Virus record (IMG/VR): IMGVR_UViG_3300048599_000293
Coordinates: 1-32,793 of that record
Direction: 5' to 3' (one strand)
DNA length: 32,793 nt
Source of the DNA: a virus
Lineage: Duplodnaviria; Caudoviricetes
Position numbers and translations under genes: made by a program. A model generated the notes under the pieces. That model made no database searches. It was given only the letters and a program-made list of their open reading frames with translations, and was not told the DNA's origin. Shown piece after piece: positions 16,326 to 26,049 of this stretch (within the stretch, counting starts at the first letter, position 1; the number at the start of each line of letters is the position of its first letter).

Positions 16326-18636
16326 AATTGACTCCGGTCCGGCCGCCGCCGCCGTCCGCGAACTCGACAAGCTGACCGAAAGCTCCAAGCAGGTCGAGGA
16401 TCAGTTCAAGAAGGTCGAGGCCGCAGCGGGAACGAACGCAGAGGCGTTCGATGCGGCCGCGGCCAATATGAGGATGTATCAGGCGATCGCCCGTCGCACG
16501 GGCGAGACCGCCGAGGAGGTGAAGAAGCGGTTCGAGGCCAAGGCCGCTGCGATGAAGGCCATGAACGACGCCGCGGCCCAGGTGTCGAAGGTCGAGGGCC
16601 AGAGCGCCCAGATCATAGACCTCGCGACAAAGAACCAGCTCAAGCAGGAAGACGCACTAAAGCGGTCGTCTGTTGCGGCGGATCTCTTCAACAAGAGCGT
16701 CAAGTCGCTGCAAAGCGAGCTGTCGGGGCTCGGAGGCGGCGCCTCTATCCTGTCGAAGCTGATCGGCGGCGCCGCGTCCGGCGGTGCGGCCGGTGCCGGG
16801 TTCGCCGCCGCAGAGATGGCGATCGAGGCCGCGATCGCGGCTGCGGTCAAATATTATCAGACGATTGTCCCGCCGCAGAAGACCGTCGACGAGCTGCTGG
16901 CCGAACAGGCCCGCCTCATCGGCGTCGTGTCCGATGGCTATAAGGACGCGGCCAGCTCGGCAGAGAAGTTCGCCGCCAACCTGTCGGCAGTCACCCGCAT
17001 TCAGAGCGACCTCATCGAGAAGGAACTTAGGGGCCGGCTCAATCAGGGCACCAACGACGCGCTCGGCGGGATGACCTTCAACCGGGTGCAGAGTGCCGGC
17101 ATCCCGGGCGTCGATCAGCTTGGCATCGCCGATCCGCAGGTACTGCCAAAATACAAGGACTTCGCGGACGCGATTGAAAAGCTGCGCGCCGGGCTTTCCG
17201 CCGGCAGGCCCGACGTGCAGGCCTTCCGTGAGGAGGTGGCGCGGATCGCCGAGGCCAATCCCGGCCTTGCCAAGACCGCTGCCGAACTGCTGGCGCTGAC
17301 CGAGGCGATCGCCAAGCTAGACCCGAGCAAGCTCACCAAGACCCGCGAGGAACTGGAGCGCACGGCGCAGATCGGCGCCGAAAAGGCGTTCACGAGCGCG
17401 TTCCGGTCGCTTCTCGACGAAGACCCGGAAACCAACAAGGCGGCGCTGCGCCAGCAGAAGATTATCGAGCTGGCGCAAACGCGCGCCAAGGCGATCGACG
17501 CAATCAACCGCAGCGACGCCCTGTTCGGGGAAAAGCAGAAGCTTGTCGCCCAGGTCGAGGGGGCTTATGCGACCGCGGTCGCGAAAGCCAACGAGGAAAC
17601 CAAAAAGGCGGCCGACCGCTATGAGACCGCGACGCAGGCGATCCGCGACAACATCGCCGAAATGGAGCTCCAGGCGCAAAGCGCGGGGCGCTCAACCGCC
17701 GAGGTCGTAAAGCTCAAGATCGGCCACGACCTCCTGCGCGCCGCGATGCGCGCCGGGCGCGAGGACACGCCGGCGCTGCGCGAGGAAATCGACAAGCTAT
17801 CCGACAGCTACGCCAAGATGACCGACCGCTTGCAGCGGTCGAAGCTCATCGGCGACATCAGCTTCGAGCGCGATCAGCTCGGGCGCGACCCGACGGAACA
17901 GGCGGTAGCAGCTCGCATGCGGGCGGCTGGTCTGGCGGTTGATCTCAATTCCGAGACCGCCGGCCTCATCCGCCTCAACGAACAGCTGCGCGAAGTCAGG
18001 GACGTCGGCTCCGAAGCCTTCGTTGGCTGGGGCCGCGAGATTCGAAATAATGTCGGCGCGCTGCAGGCCCTCGAAAACCAGCTGCGACGTGTCGCCGACC
18101 GCGCGATCGATCTGGCGATGCAGAAGTCGTTCGCGGGTATCTATGGCGGCATCGGTCAGATGTTCAACCCGACCGGGGTCGGCCTGCACAATCCCGGCGG
18201 ATATTCAATAGCGTTCCCGCGGCCGATCGGCACGCCGGCCGCGTCTGCGCGGGGCAACATTTTCGATTCTGGCCGCCTCATCCCTTACGCGCAGGGCGGC
18301 GTCCTCGATCGCGCCATCGCCTTCCCGATGGCGAACGGCACCGGCATCGCCGGCGAAGCCGGCCCCGAGGCCATCATGCCGTTGCGGCGCGGCGCCGATG
18401 GACGGCTCGGCGTATCGATGGCTGGAAGTGGTGGCGGGATCAAGATCGAACTCATCAACCAGTCGGGCCAGCAGCTCCAACAGCGCGACGGCGGCCGCCG
18501 ACAGGACGGAGGCACGTCGGTTCAGCGCGTCATCATCGAGACGGTCGCGGGCAACATCGCGTCTGGGAACGGCGAAATTAACCAGGCGATGGAGGGGCGC
18601 TACGGCCTCGATCGCACCAAGGGCATGAGCGCCTGA
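16303..18636 (+). CDS. Tail tape measure protein
   Basis: 777 aa, Ala-rich and helical; C-terminal ARGNIF...AQGGV...GEAGPEAIMPLRRGADGRLGV motif. Confidence 0.92.
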   Translation: MDASLVLKIDSGPAAAAVRELDKLTESSKQVEDQFKKVEAAAGTNAEAFDAAAANMRMYQAIARRTGETAEEVKKRFEAKAAAMKAMNDAAAQVSKVEGQSAQIIDLATKNQLKQEDALKRSSVAADLFNKSVKSLQSELSGLGGGASILSKLIGGAASGGAAGAGFAAAEMAIEAAIAAAVKYYQTIVPPQKTVDELLAEQARLIGVVSDGYKDAASSAEKFAANLSAVTRIQSDLIEKELRGRLNQGTNDALGGMTFNRVQSAGIPGVDQLGIADPQVLPKYKDFADAIEKLRAGLSAGRPDVQAFREEVARIAEANPGLAKTAAELLALTEAIAKLDPSKLTKTREELERTAQIGAEKAFTSAFRSLLDEDPETNKAALRQQKIIELAQTRAKAIDAINRSDALFGEKQKLVAQVEGAYATAVAKANEETKKAADRYETATQAIRDNIAEMELQAQSAGRSTAEVVKLKIGHDLLRAAMRAGREDTPALREEIDKLSDSYAKMTDRLQRSKLIGDISFERDQLGRDPTEQAVAARMRAAGLAVDLNSETAGLIRLNEQLREVRDVGSEAFVGWGREIRNNVGALQALENQLRRVADRAIDLAMQKSFAGIYGGIGQMFNPTGVGLHNPGGYSIAFPRPIGTPAASARGNIFDSGRLIPYAQGGVLDRAIAFPMANGTGIAGEAGPEAIMPLRRGADGRLGVSMAGSGGGIKIELINQSGQQLQQRDGGRRQDGGTSVQRVIIETVAGNIASGNGEINQAMEGRYGLDRTKGMSA

Positions 18637-18637
18637 C

Positions 18638-19267
18638 ATGACGATCGCCGCTTGGCCTGCCGACATGGAATATAGCCTCAGCGACAGCGGGTTTTCTGCC
18701 GAGCTGTTCCTGAAGCCGATTTCCTCGGAAATGGATGGCGGCAATCTGCGCCAACGCGGGCGGCCCGGCGATGAGGTTCAGGTCGTTCAACAGACCATCG
18801 GCGTCTGGAAACAGGACTTCGCACAAACGCTCAAACCGTTCCTATTGGCGAACCGAGGTCGCCGGGTCTTGATGCCGGTGCTGATCGAAGAAGACCTGAC
18901 GAACTGCGTCGCGATGATCGTCGACCCCCGGGTGGTGCGCCGCACCTTGAGCCGTGTCGACGTCTCAATGACAGTCCGCGTCCTGCGCGCGGTGGTGCCG
19001 CTGGCGATCGCCGGGACCCCGGTGCTGACCGCGACCCACGATGTCGCCTATGCCGGGTTTCAAGTGGCAGCGAGCGGCGGTGTGCCTGGCTACAGCTATT
19101 CCATCCATTCGGGGACGCTGCCGGCCGGCCTCTCTCTCAATGCCGATACCGGCGTGGTGTCGGGCACGCCGACCGGCGCCGGCGTGTCGGCCGGGATCGT
19201 GATCCGCGTCACCGACGACGCCGGCTCCCACGTCGATCTCGATCCGTTCACGCTGACGGTGGGTTGA
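18638..19267 (+). CDS. Distal tail protein-like with a C-terminal putative Ig domain
   Basis: AWP...SEMDGGNLRQR N-terminus directly after the tape measure gene; LPAGLSLNADTGVVSGTPT is a He_PIG-type motif. Confidence 0.7.
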   Translation: MTIAAWPADMEYSLSDSGFSAELFLKPISSEMDGGNLRQRGRPGDEVQVVQQTIGVWKQDFAQTLKPFLLANRGRRVLMPVLIEEDLTNCVAMIVDPRVVRRTLSRVDVSMTVRVLRAVVPLAIAGTPVLTATHDVAYAGFQVAASGGVPGYSYSIHSGTLPAGLSLNADTGVVSGTPTGAGVSAGIVIRVTDDAGSHVDLDPFTLTVG

Positions 19268-19270
19268 TGA

Positions 19271-19810
19271 ATGAGCGATCCGTTCACAGCCGCCTGGGAG
19301 GAAGCCGAAGCCTCGGTACCGCCCGGGAAAGAACCGTTTTCGACGCTGGAATTGCAGCACCCCGCCTTTATCAACGAAGATGAGGAGGAGGAGCCGGTTC
19401 GTATCGTCGCCGGCACGCCGGACGATCAGCTGTTCACGATCGAGGATGGCGCCGATTTCAACGGCGGCGAAATCGTGAAGTTTCAAGCGTGTCCGTTCTA
19501 TGCGGACCCGCCGTCATTCGCCGAAGGCAAGATGCCGGAGGTCCAGGTCACGGTCGACAACGTCGCCCGCCATCTGATCCCGAAGCTCGAGGCCGCCGTT
19601 CAAATAAATGCCGATCTTGTGGTGACGTTTCGGCAATACAGCCCGGACGACAGAACCGAGCCCTGCTATGGCCCGGTGTCGTTCGTCATGCGCAACGTGG
19701 TCATTACCGGCGCGTCCGTCACCGGTACGGCCCAACTCGACAACCTCGCGAACTCGAAGTTCCCGAGCAAGGTCTACAACGCGACCCAATTCCCCGGGCT
19801 TGTGCCTTGA
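19271..19810 (+). CDS. Tail tip / hub protein (DUF1833-like)
   Basis: TLELQHP...VRIV...FQACPF...VTVDNV...FP pattern; position in the tail tip module. Confidence 0.75.
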   Translation: MSDPFTAAWEEAEASVPPGKEPFSTLELQHPAFINEDEEEEPVRIVAGTPDDQLFTIEDGADFNGGEIVKFQACPFYADPPSFAEGKMPEVQVTVDNVARHLIPKLEAAVQINADLVVTFRQYSPDDRTEPCYGPVSFVMRNVVITGASVTGTAQLDNLANSKFPSKVYNATQFPGLVP

Positions 19811-20247
19811 TCGACCGTGCCGCCTTTCTGAACTCGCTCATCGGCAAGCGATGGGCGGCCAATGCGCGCGGTCCGGAGGCCTACGACTGCTTCCATCTGA
19901 TGGCGCATATCGAACGCACGCTCGCCGGCAGGGACGTCGGCGACCTCAGTATGCCGCCAGATCCAAGCTGGTCATGGATGGTGCAGGCCGTCGAGGCGCA
20001 CCCAGCTCGCAAGCGTTGGCGTGAGGTCCCCATCGGCAAGATGGGCGTCGTGAAGGCCGCCGATCTTTCAGTGGTCCTGATGGCGCGGCGAAATAACCCG
20101 GCGCATGTCGGGGTGTGGCTGAAGCCGGAAACCGTCGTGATCCACGCCGAGCAGACTCGCGACAATGATGGCCGCGTCGTCTGCGACTCGCTTGCCAACC
20201 TTCATGTGAAGGGATGGCAGAAGCTCCGCTTCTACGAACCGATCTGA
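19807..20247 (+). CDS. NlpC/P60-family tail assembly protein (gpK-like)
   Basis: TTG start overlapping the upstream TGA; IGKRW...RGPEAYDC and HVGVW...VIHA catalytic motifs. Confidence 0.85.
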   Translation: MIDRAAFLNSLIGKRWAANARGPEAYDCFHLMAHIERTLAGRDVGDLSMPPDPSWSWMVQAVEAHPARKRWREVPIGKMGVVKAADLSVVLMARRNNPAHVGVWLKPETVVIHAEQTRDNDGRVVCDSLANLHVKGWQKLRFYEPI

Positions 20248-23200
20248 ATGAGCAAGACAGCCCTGAAAACCAGCGCAGCACGCATGCGGGCCGCGAGCAC
20301 CCCCGCCTTGCCGCAGCGCCGGCGCGCGCGCCGGTCCGAGAATGCGCGCGTGCGCGTCTCGCGGGTGGTGCTGCCCGGCCACGAGATCGAGGCGGTCGAG
20401 GCCGGCGCCGGAGAGAGAATTTCAGAACTCCTGCTGAGGACCGGCTGGTCGCGCGAGGAAAAGGTCAACGATCGCCGTCGCTGGGTCTGGGCGATCCCGA
20501 CTATCTGTCTCATCAATGGAAGGCCGGTCCTCCAGCGCCACTGGAAGCGACGTCGCCTGAAGGCATCCGATGTGGTCGCGTTCGTGGCGCGCCCGCATGG
20601 CGGTGGCGGCGGCCGCGGCAAGCAGATCGCAGGCATCGTCGCCGTGATCGCGCTTGCGGCCTTTGCGCCGTGGGCTGGCGGCGCGCTCGCGGGCGCTATC
20701 GGGTTGACTGGCGCCGCCTTCACGGTAGGCAGCGCGATTATCGGCGGCGTCATCGCCGCCGGCGGCTCCTTGCTGCTGTCGACGCTGTTCAAGCCCAAGC
20801 CAGCATCGCAAAGCGACTCCAACTCCACGGGGCAGATTGACCAGCTCTACACGGTGCAGGCGCAGGGCAATACCGCGCGCCCCTTCGCGCCGATCCCGGT
20901 TCAATATGGTAGGCTAAAGATCATCCCCGACTATGTGACGACGCCGTTCTCAGAATATGATGGCAATGACCAATATCTGAACATGCTGCTTTCCCGCGGC
21001 ATGGGAAAGTACGAGACCGAACAGGTAACGACCGACGACACCGAAATCTGGAACAGCGTCGACGGTTACAGCGAGGCGTTCCCGGGCGTCGAGCTAGCGC
21101 ACTACAATCCGGGCGAGCCGGTCACGCTGTTCCCGACCAACATCGTAAGCGCGGTCGAGGTCAACGGTCAGTCGATCGAGGACGCCTATGTCGGCGGGTT
21201 CATTGGAAATGCAGCCGGCACGCAGACGAACGCGTTGGCAATCGATCTCGTGTTTCCGGGCGGCTGCTTCAATGTCAGCCAGGACACCGGCCAGATCGGC
21301 AATGCGACGATATCGGTGTCGGCCGAATATCGCCCGGTCAACGATGCCGGTGCTCCCATAGGTTCCTGGGCGAACCTGTTCTCCGATAATTTTCAGTTCG
21401 CGTCGCGCACGCCGATCCGCATCAGCCGAAAGGTCGGTGTTGCGTCGGCTCGGTATGAGGTCCGAATGATCCGGACCGCATATGACAATCGCGACGGGTC
21501 TGTCACCGCTATCGCATGGGCCGGCCTGCGATCTTTCATCGTTGGTGCGCCGTCATCCTTCCCCTGCTCGGTAACCGCGCTGAGGATCAAGGCCAGCGCA
21601 TTTACTCAGGATGCGGCACGGCGCATCGGCATCGTGCAAACCCGCATTCTTCCGGTATGGGATAGCGAGTTAGAGGAATGGGTCGAGCAGCCCACGCGCA
21701 ATCCTTATTGGGCGCTCTACGACGCGGCGACCAACAGCGAATATGGGCCACGCCGGCCGGTGTCGACCATCGATTTCCAGACGATCGTGACGCGGGCTGC
21801 CGATGCCGATGCGCGCGAGAAGTATTTTGACTATCAGTTCGTTTCGACTGTCCCGGTGCCGGAGGCGTTCGACACGATCCTGAAGCCAGATAGGGCTCGC
21901 CATCGATGGTCCGGCGATCGCCTTTCGGTGATCAGAGACGAGTATCGCGCGTTCCCTCGCATGCTTCTGACCGATCGAGAGAACGTCCGCGACTCGGTCT
22001 CGATCAGGTACGAGCTGCAACCCGAGGACGCCGCCGACTGCGTCGTCCTTGAATATGTGGACGAAGATACGTGGCGTGGCGCCGAGGTCCAGTATCCGCC
22101 GAACTCGGAAGTGTTTACGGCGGAAAGGCCGTCGCGCTGGCAAATCGACGGCATCGTCGTTCGCGCGAACGCCTATGAAGAGGCGGCGTTCCTCTACCTT
22201 CAAAATCTGAAGCGCCGCATCTTTCCGTCCATACAAACCGAGCACGATGGCAAGCTCCTAGGCTACGGGGATACTGTCGCGCTCCAGTGTGAGTTGCCGG
22301 AATCATGGGGTCAATCTGGCGCAATCATCGATCGCGTCGGCCGGTTCCTGACCTCAGAGCGCGAGATTGATTGGACGCCGGACGGCGACGGTCAATTCTA
22401 TATCCGCATCAGAACGAAGACCGGTCGGCAATTCGGCCCGATCAAGTGCTCGCCATTCGGCGGCGGCGATAACCAGATTGAGCTAGACGCCGCCAATCTG
22501 GTCGAGGTCGAGACACAGTTGGGTATGATGCTTGCCGACGCGCTGGATCGCGCGGATGGCGCCGAAGAACCAAGCTTCGAGATCGGGGTCGGCGTCAAAC
22601 GCGCTCGCAACTGCCTGATCTTGAAGGGCACTGTCAACGGCGACCACGTAAAGCTGGATCTCGTCGTCAATAGCGAGGTCGCTTATCCGACCGATCTTTC
22701 CGGGCTGCCAGCGGTGCCAGCTCTACCGGCTCTCCGCGACCCGAAGGTTCCGGTCATCGCCCAGCTTTATGCGAGTTTCGATCAGGGCGTCGCCGAGCCT
22801 GTGCTGCATGCCTCATGGCGCCCGGCCGCCGGCGCGCAATACTATATCGCCGACGTTTCCTACGACGGCGGCCTCACCTGGGCTCCGGCCTATGAGGGTC
22901 AGGAGCCGACCTTCTCCCGGGTCGTGGAATATGCGGCGCTGCGTCTTCGTGTGCAGGGCATTGGCCGTGCGCGCGGCGGCTACTACACGGTGGATGTCGC
23001 GGCACCAACCATCGAAGTGGCCCCGAATGTTGTGGGGATGCCTTCGCTCAACATCCCGCTGAGGGGCTATCTAGGGCCGGAGATTCAGGCCCAAATCGCG
23101 AGCCTTGAAGCCGCTGCGGCCGGTCTGGCCACGACGCTCTCCGAGCAGGCGGCGCTTCAAGAGATTCAGAAGCAGGAAACCCGCCGCATCGTCGGTGTGG

Positions 23201-24120
23201 TCAAGGGCGGCCTGTTCGCCTCGGTCGAAGAAGTCGCTGTCGCGCTCGCTTCCAATGTGGCGGCGCTGGCGTCACTCACTACCACGGTCGCTTCGCACAC
23301 CGACAGCATTTCGGCGATCGACGGTTCTGTATCCACCCTCGCTGCGTCGGTTGCCACCAACTCGACCGCGATAACCACGCTGGCTGGTTACGCGGCCGCC
23401 AAGTATTCGGTGACGCTGGATGTCAATGGCTACGCGATAGGATTCGGGCTGATCAACGGAGGCGCGTCGTATTCGGTTGCAGCCTTCAGCGTCGATTATT
23501 TCCAGGTCGCGAAGCCTGGCGTGTCGGGCGGTTCTCCAAAGGCGGTCTTCGAAATTGCTACCGTCGGAGGGGCCGCATCCATCGCGATCAAGGGCAGCGT
23601 GATCGCAGATGAGACAATCACCGCGGCAAAGATCGCAGCCGCTACGATCACCGGGAACAAGATCGCGGCAGCCACGATCGACGGTGACAGAATTAAAGCC
23701 AACACGATCGTCACGGAAAATATCGTTTCGCAAGCCGCGACGTCTCTTGTTACCGCAAACGTCAGCGGTGGCGCCGTAAATAACGGAGATACGCTGGTAT
23801 CTGGAGCAATCACAACGACAACCAATAATGGTGTGTTGCTGACGTTCAGCGCCAATATGTTTGGCCTCTCTTATACGAACCTCAATATCTCGGTTTCAAT
23901 TTTGATTGATGGGTCCAGCATATTGACGCTGGCATATCCGGCGTTCGGATCAACTTCTTCGGATGGCGCCTTTTATATATTGAACAACAATCTAACCCTT
24001 CAGCAGCATTTTTCGGTGTCCGCGGGATCGCACACGTTTGCCATCGTCATAAATTTTTCGACACCAGCAGACTGCAACGTCTCAAGACGGACCCTTTCTC
24101 TGATGGAGAGCAAGAGGTGA
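20248..24120 (+). CDS. Central tail tip / host specificity protein (gpI+gpJ-like)
   Basis: 1290 aa; ubiquitin-like N-terminus ending GGGGG, IPVQYG, TRNPYW, coiled coil, DUF1983-like LDVNGYAIGFGL, ITAAKI-type repeats and a beta-rich C-terminus. Confidence 0.9.
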   Translation: MSKTALKTSAARMRAASTPALPQRRRARRSENARVRVSRVVLPGHEIEAVEAGAGERISELLLRTGWSREEKVNDRRRWVWAIPTICLINGRPVLQRHWKRRRLKASDVVAFVARPHGGGGGRGKQIAGIVAVIALAAFAPWAGGALAGAIGLTGAAFTVGSAIIGGVIAAGGSLLLSTLFKPKPASQSDSNSTGQIDQLYTVQAQGNTARPFAPIPVQYGRLKIIPDYVTTPFSEYDGNDQYLNMLLSRGMGKYETEQVTTDDTEIWNSVDGYSEAFPGVELAHYNPGEPVTLFPTNIVSAVEVNGQSIEDAYVGGFIGNAAGTQTNALAIDLVFPGGCFNVSQDTGQIGNATISVSAEYRPVNDAGAPIGSWANLFSDNFQFASRTPIRISRKVGVASARYEVRMIRTAYDNRDGSVTAIAWAGLRSFIVGAPSSFPCSVTALRIKASAFTQDAARRIGIVQTRILPVWDSELEEWVEQPTRNPYWALYDAATNSEYGPRRPVSTIDFQTIVTRAADADAREKYFDYQFVSTVPVPEAFDTILKPDRARHRWSGDRLSVIRDEYRAFPRMLLTDRENVRDSVSIRYELQPEDAADCVVLEYVDEDTWRGAEVQYPPNSEVFTAERPSRWQIDGIVVRANAYEEAAFLYLQNLKRRIFPSIQTEHDGKLLGYGDTVALQCELPESWGQSGAIIDRVGRFLTSEREIDWTPDGDGQFYIRIRTKTGRQFGPIKCSPFGGGDNQIELDAANLVEVETQLGMMLADALDRADGAEEPSFEIGVGVKRARNCLILKGTVNGDHVKLDLVVNSEVAYPTDLSGLPAVPALPALRDPKVPVIAQLYASFDQGVAEPVLHASWRPAAGAQYYIADVSYDGGLTWAPAYEGQEPTFSRVVEYAALRLRVQGIGRARGGYYTVDVAAPTIEVAPNVVGMPSLNIPLRGYLGPEIQAQIASLEAAAAGLATTLSEQAALQEIQKQETRRIVGVVKGGLFASVEEVAVALASNVAALASLTTTVASHTDSISAIDGSVSTLAASVATNSTAITTLAGYAAAKYSVTLDVNGYAIGFGLINGGASYSVAAFSVDYFQVAKPGVSGGSPKAVFEIATVGGAASIAIKGSVIADETITAAKIAAATITGNKIAAATIDGDRIKANTIVTENIVSQAATSLVTANVSGGAVNNGDTLVSGAITTTTNNGVLLTFSANMFGLSYTNLNISVSILIDGSSILTLAYPAFGSTSSDGAFYILNNNLTLQQHFSVSAGSHTFAIVINFSTPADCNVSRRTLSLMESKR

Positions 24121-24305
24121 AGCAATACGTGATCCGCAACAACGGACAGTTCGTCCGCTCCGGAACCTGTCCGGAGTCGCAGTTCGAATTGCAGGCTCAC
24201 AATCCTGGCGATGAGGTTTTTGAGCCCATCGAACCGATCTACGATCCAAGTCAGGCTGAGTTCGACGAGAATGGCAGAGTTCGTCGAAAGTTGAATCCGG
24301 CCTGA
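24117..24305 (+). CDS. Small hypothetical tail-associated protein
   Basis: GTGA overlap with the gpJ stop; 62 aa. Confidence 0.55.
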   Translation: MKQYVIRNNGQFVRSGTCPESQFELQAHNPGDEVFEPIEPIYDPSQAEFDENGRVRRKLNPA

Positions 24306-24370
24306 CCGGCGCGAGGTGCGCCTTCCGTCGCACAACCTAACATCCGCAGCTTCGCTTCAGGGGCATCGCA

Positions 24371-25351
24371 ATGTCGTATCTTGAGCCCTATCGTTTGGGG
24401 ACAATTTCGGTCGCCTCCGGGTCGACGGCTGTTACGGGCGCGGCCTGCCTTTGGCTGGTCGATCCGGTCAACCCGAACATCAGACCGGGCGACAAGCTGG
24501 TAAAGGGCAGTGTCTCGGCAACGATCAAAAGCGTCGAGGACAATACCCATCTCACGCTTGAAGATGGCTGGCCCGGCCTTTCCCTTACCGACTCCTCGTA
24601 CAAGATCGAGCGCAATTCGCTCGTGCGCGCGTCGGGCGTAGCTCAAACAGACGCGATTTCAAAAATTCTGCTGACGCTGGGCAAGCTGACACCGATCTAC
24701 CGCGTGCCGGCGGATCAAGACGCTCCTGACCCCTATCTCGGCGAGAACGGCCAAGCCGCGATCAAGGTCTCCGGCTCCGTCTGGAAAATGTGGATCAAGG
24801 AAGACGATGTTTGGGTCTACCTCGGCGGCCTCGGCTTCACCCCGAAGGGAGCCTGGAACAATGTCACGACATTCAGCATCGGCGATTTCGTTTCCGATTC
24901 TGGTGAGACGTACATTTCGCTTCAGGACGACAACCTGAATCACGCGCCGTCCGGCGATGAGACCGACACGGCCTACTGGATGTGGATGCCGTCCGGCGGT
25001 GAATACGGCGCCAAGGTTTTCATCCTGAACTTTTCGATCGGGGGCAGGCCGAAGGCGGCCGAGATCATCGACGGCCACGTCTTCGCCGCGGCCACCGATT
25101 TCCCGGCCGGCCTCGGCACGAGCCAGGCCTATGCGCGGGTCGCCCCAACAGCAGATGCCGTCATCAACATCCTTCTGAACGACAGCGTGGTCGGTACCGT
25201 CACCTTCGCGGCCGGAGAGAACGCCGGAGCGGTCGAGTCCGGCGGGGCCATCAGCGCCATTGTCGGCGACCGGCTCGACCTTGAGGCACCGGAGACGCGC
25301 GACGTCACCCTTTCCGGAATCAAGATCGCAATCCGCGGTCTTCGCAACTGA
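24371..25351 (+). CDS. Tail fibre / adaptor protein with a CBM5/12-like module
   Basis: GTISVASGSTAVTG fibre N-terminus; KGAWNNVTTFSIGDFVSDSGETYIS...YW module. Confidence 0.7.
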   Translation: MSYLEPYRLGTISVASGSTAVTGAACLWLVDPVNPNIRPGDKLVKGSVSATIKSVEDNTHLTLEDGWPGLSLTDSSYKIERNSLVRASGVAQTDAISKILLTLGKLTPIYRVPADQDAPDPYLGENGQAAIKVSGSVWKMWIKEDDVWVYLGGLGFTPKGAWNNVTTFSIGDFVSDSGETYISLQDDNLNHAPSGDETDTAYWMWMPSGGEYGAKVFILNFSIGGRPKAAEIIDGHVFAAATDFPAGLGTSQAYARVAPTADAVINILLNDSVVGTVTFAAGENAGAVESGGAISAIVGDRLDLEAPETRDVTLSGIKIAIRGLRN

Positions 25352-25364
25352 GCAGGAGAGACCA

Positions 25365-25619
25365 GTGCCGCAATCGATCAATCTTGGTGATCGCTTCGTC
25401 GTGATCGAGGAGCGCGAAGTGCGAGACGCACGCAACCGCTTGCTGGCGCGCTATCGCCCCGGATTCGAATACACCGCAACCCCACTCAACATCGGCATCA
25501 TCGCGGCGATGGCCGCACAGGATAAAGCTTCGGCGGTGGGCCGATCGCCGGAAAAGCGCGAGGCTCTGCTTCAGGCTTCACAGGCGCGCATGTCGGGCGT
25601 CGCCGATACCGGCAAATAG
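25365..25619 (+). CDS. Hypothetical protein
   Basis: GTG 25365 with AGGAG RBS; fills the gap in the operon. Confidence 0.6.
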   Translation: MPQSINLGDRFVVIEEREVRDARNRLLARYRPGFEYTATPLNIGIIAAMAAQDKASAVGRSPEKREALLQASQARMSGVADTGK

Positions 25620-25667
25620 CGCCGCCGTCATTTCGTACACCCTCATCAAACTCGGGAGAAAATATCG

Positions 25668-26048
25668 ATGTCGGTCACCCACGCCTCCGGCCTTCGCGAC
25701 ACCATTGCGACCGCCGTCAAAGACGCACACGATGCCGGATCCGGCAGCGGTAAGTCCATCGACCTGCGCGACGGCTCGACCAAGGTCGTCGGCTTTGTGC
25801 CCTCTGCAACGGCTTTTGCCGTGCCGTCGTCGCATGTGATTGCGCTCAACGGCGTGCCGATCGACGCCGTCGCCGTCGCGAGCGGCGAGGTCGACAATTT
25901 CATCACCCGAGACAAGAGCGGCAATGCGGTCCTGTCAGGATCGGTGACGGCCGTGGGCATGGGTGGCGATATCGAGGTGACTAATACCAATATCGCCAAC
26001 GGTCAGGACTGCACGCTGGAATCGCTGACCTACACGCCTCCGGTGTGA
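25668..26048 (+). CDS. Putative virion structural protein
   Basis: GGGAG RBS; small beta-rich protein in the fibre region. Confidence 0.65.
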   Translation: MSVTHASGLRDTIATAVKDAHDAGSGSGKSIDLRDGSTKVVGFVPSATAFAVPSSHVIALNGVPIDAVAVASGEVDNFITRDKSGNAVLSGSVTAVGMGGDIEVTNTNIANGQDCTLESLTYTPPV

Positions 26049-26049
26049 T

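Noticed and set aside
2438-18636. Gene transfer agent cluster
   Set aside because: TerL and the tape-measure C-terminus are GTA-like, but the portal, gp7-like protein, scaffold, capsid type, long tape measure and linked lysis genes fit a phage.
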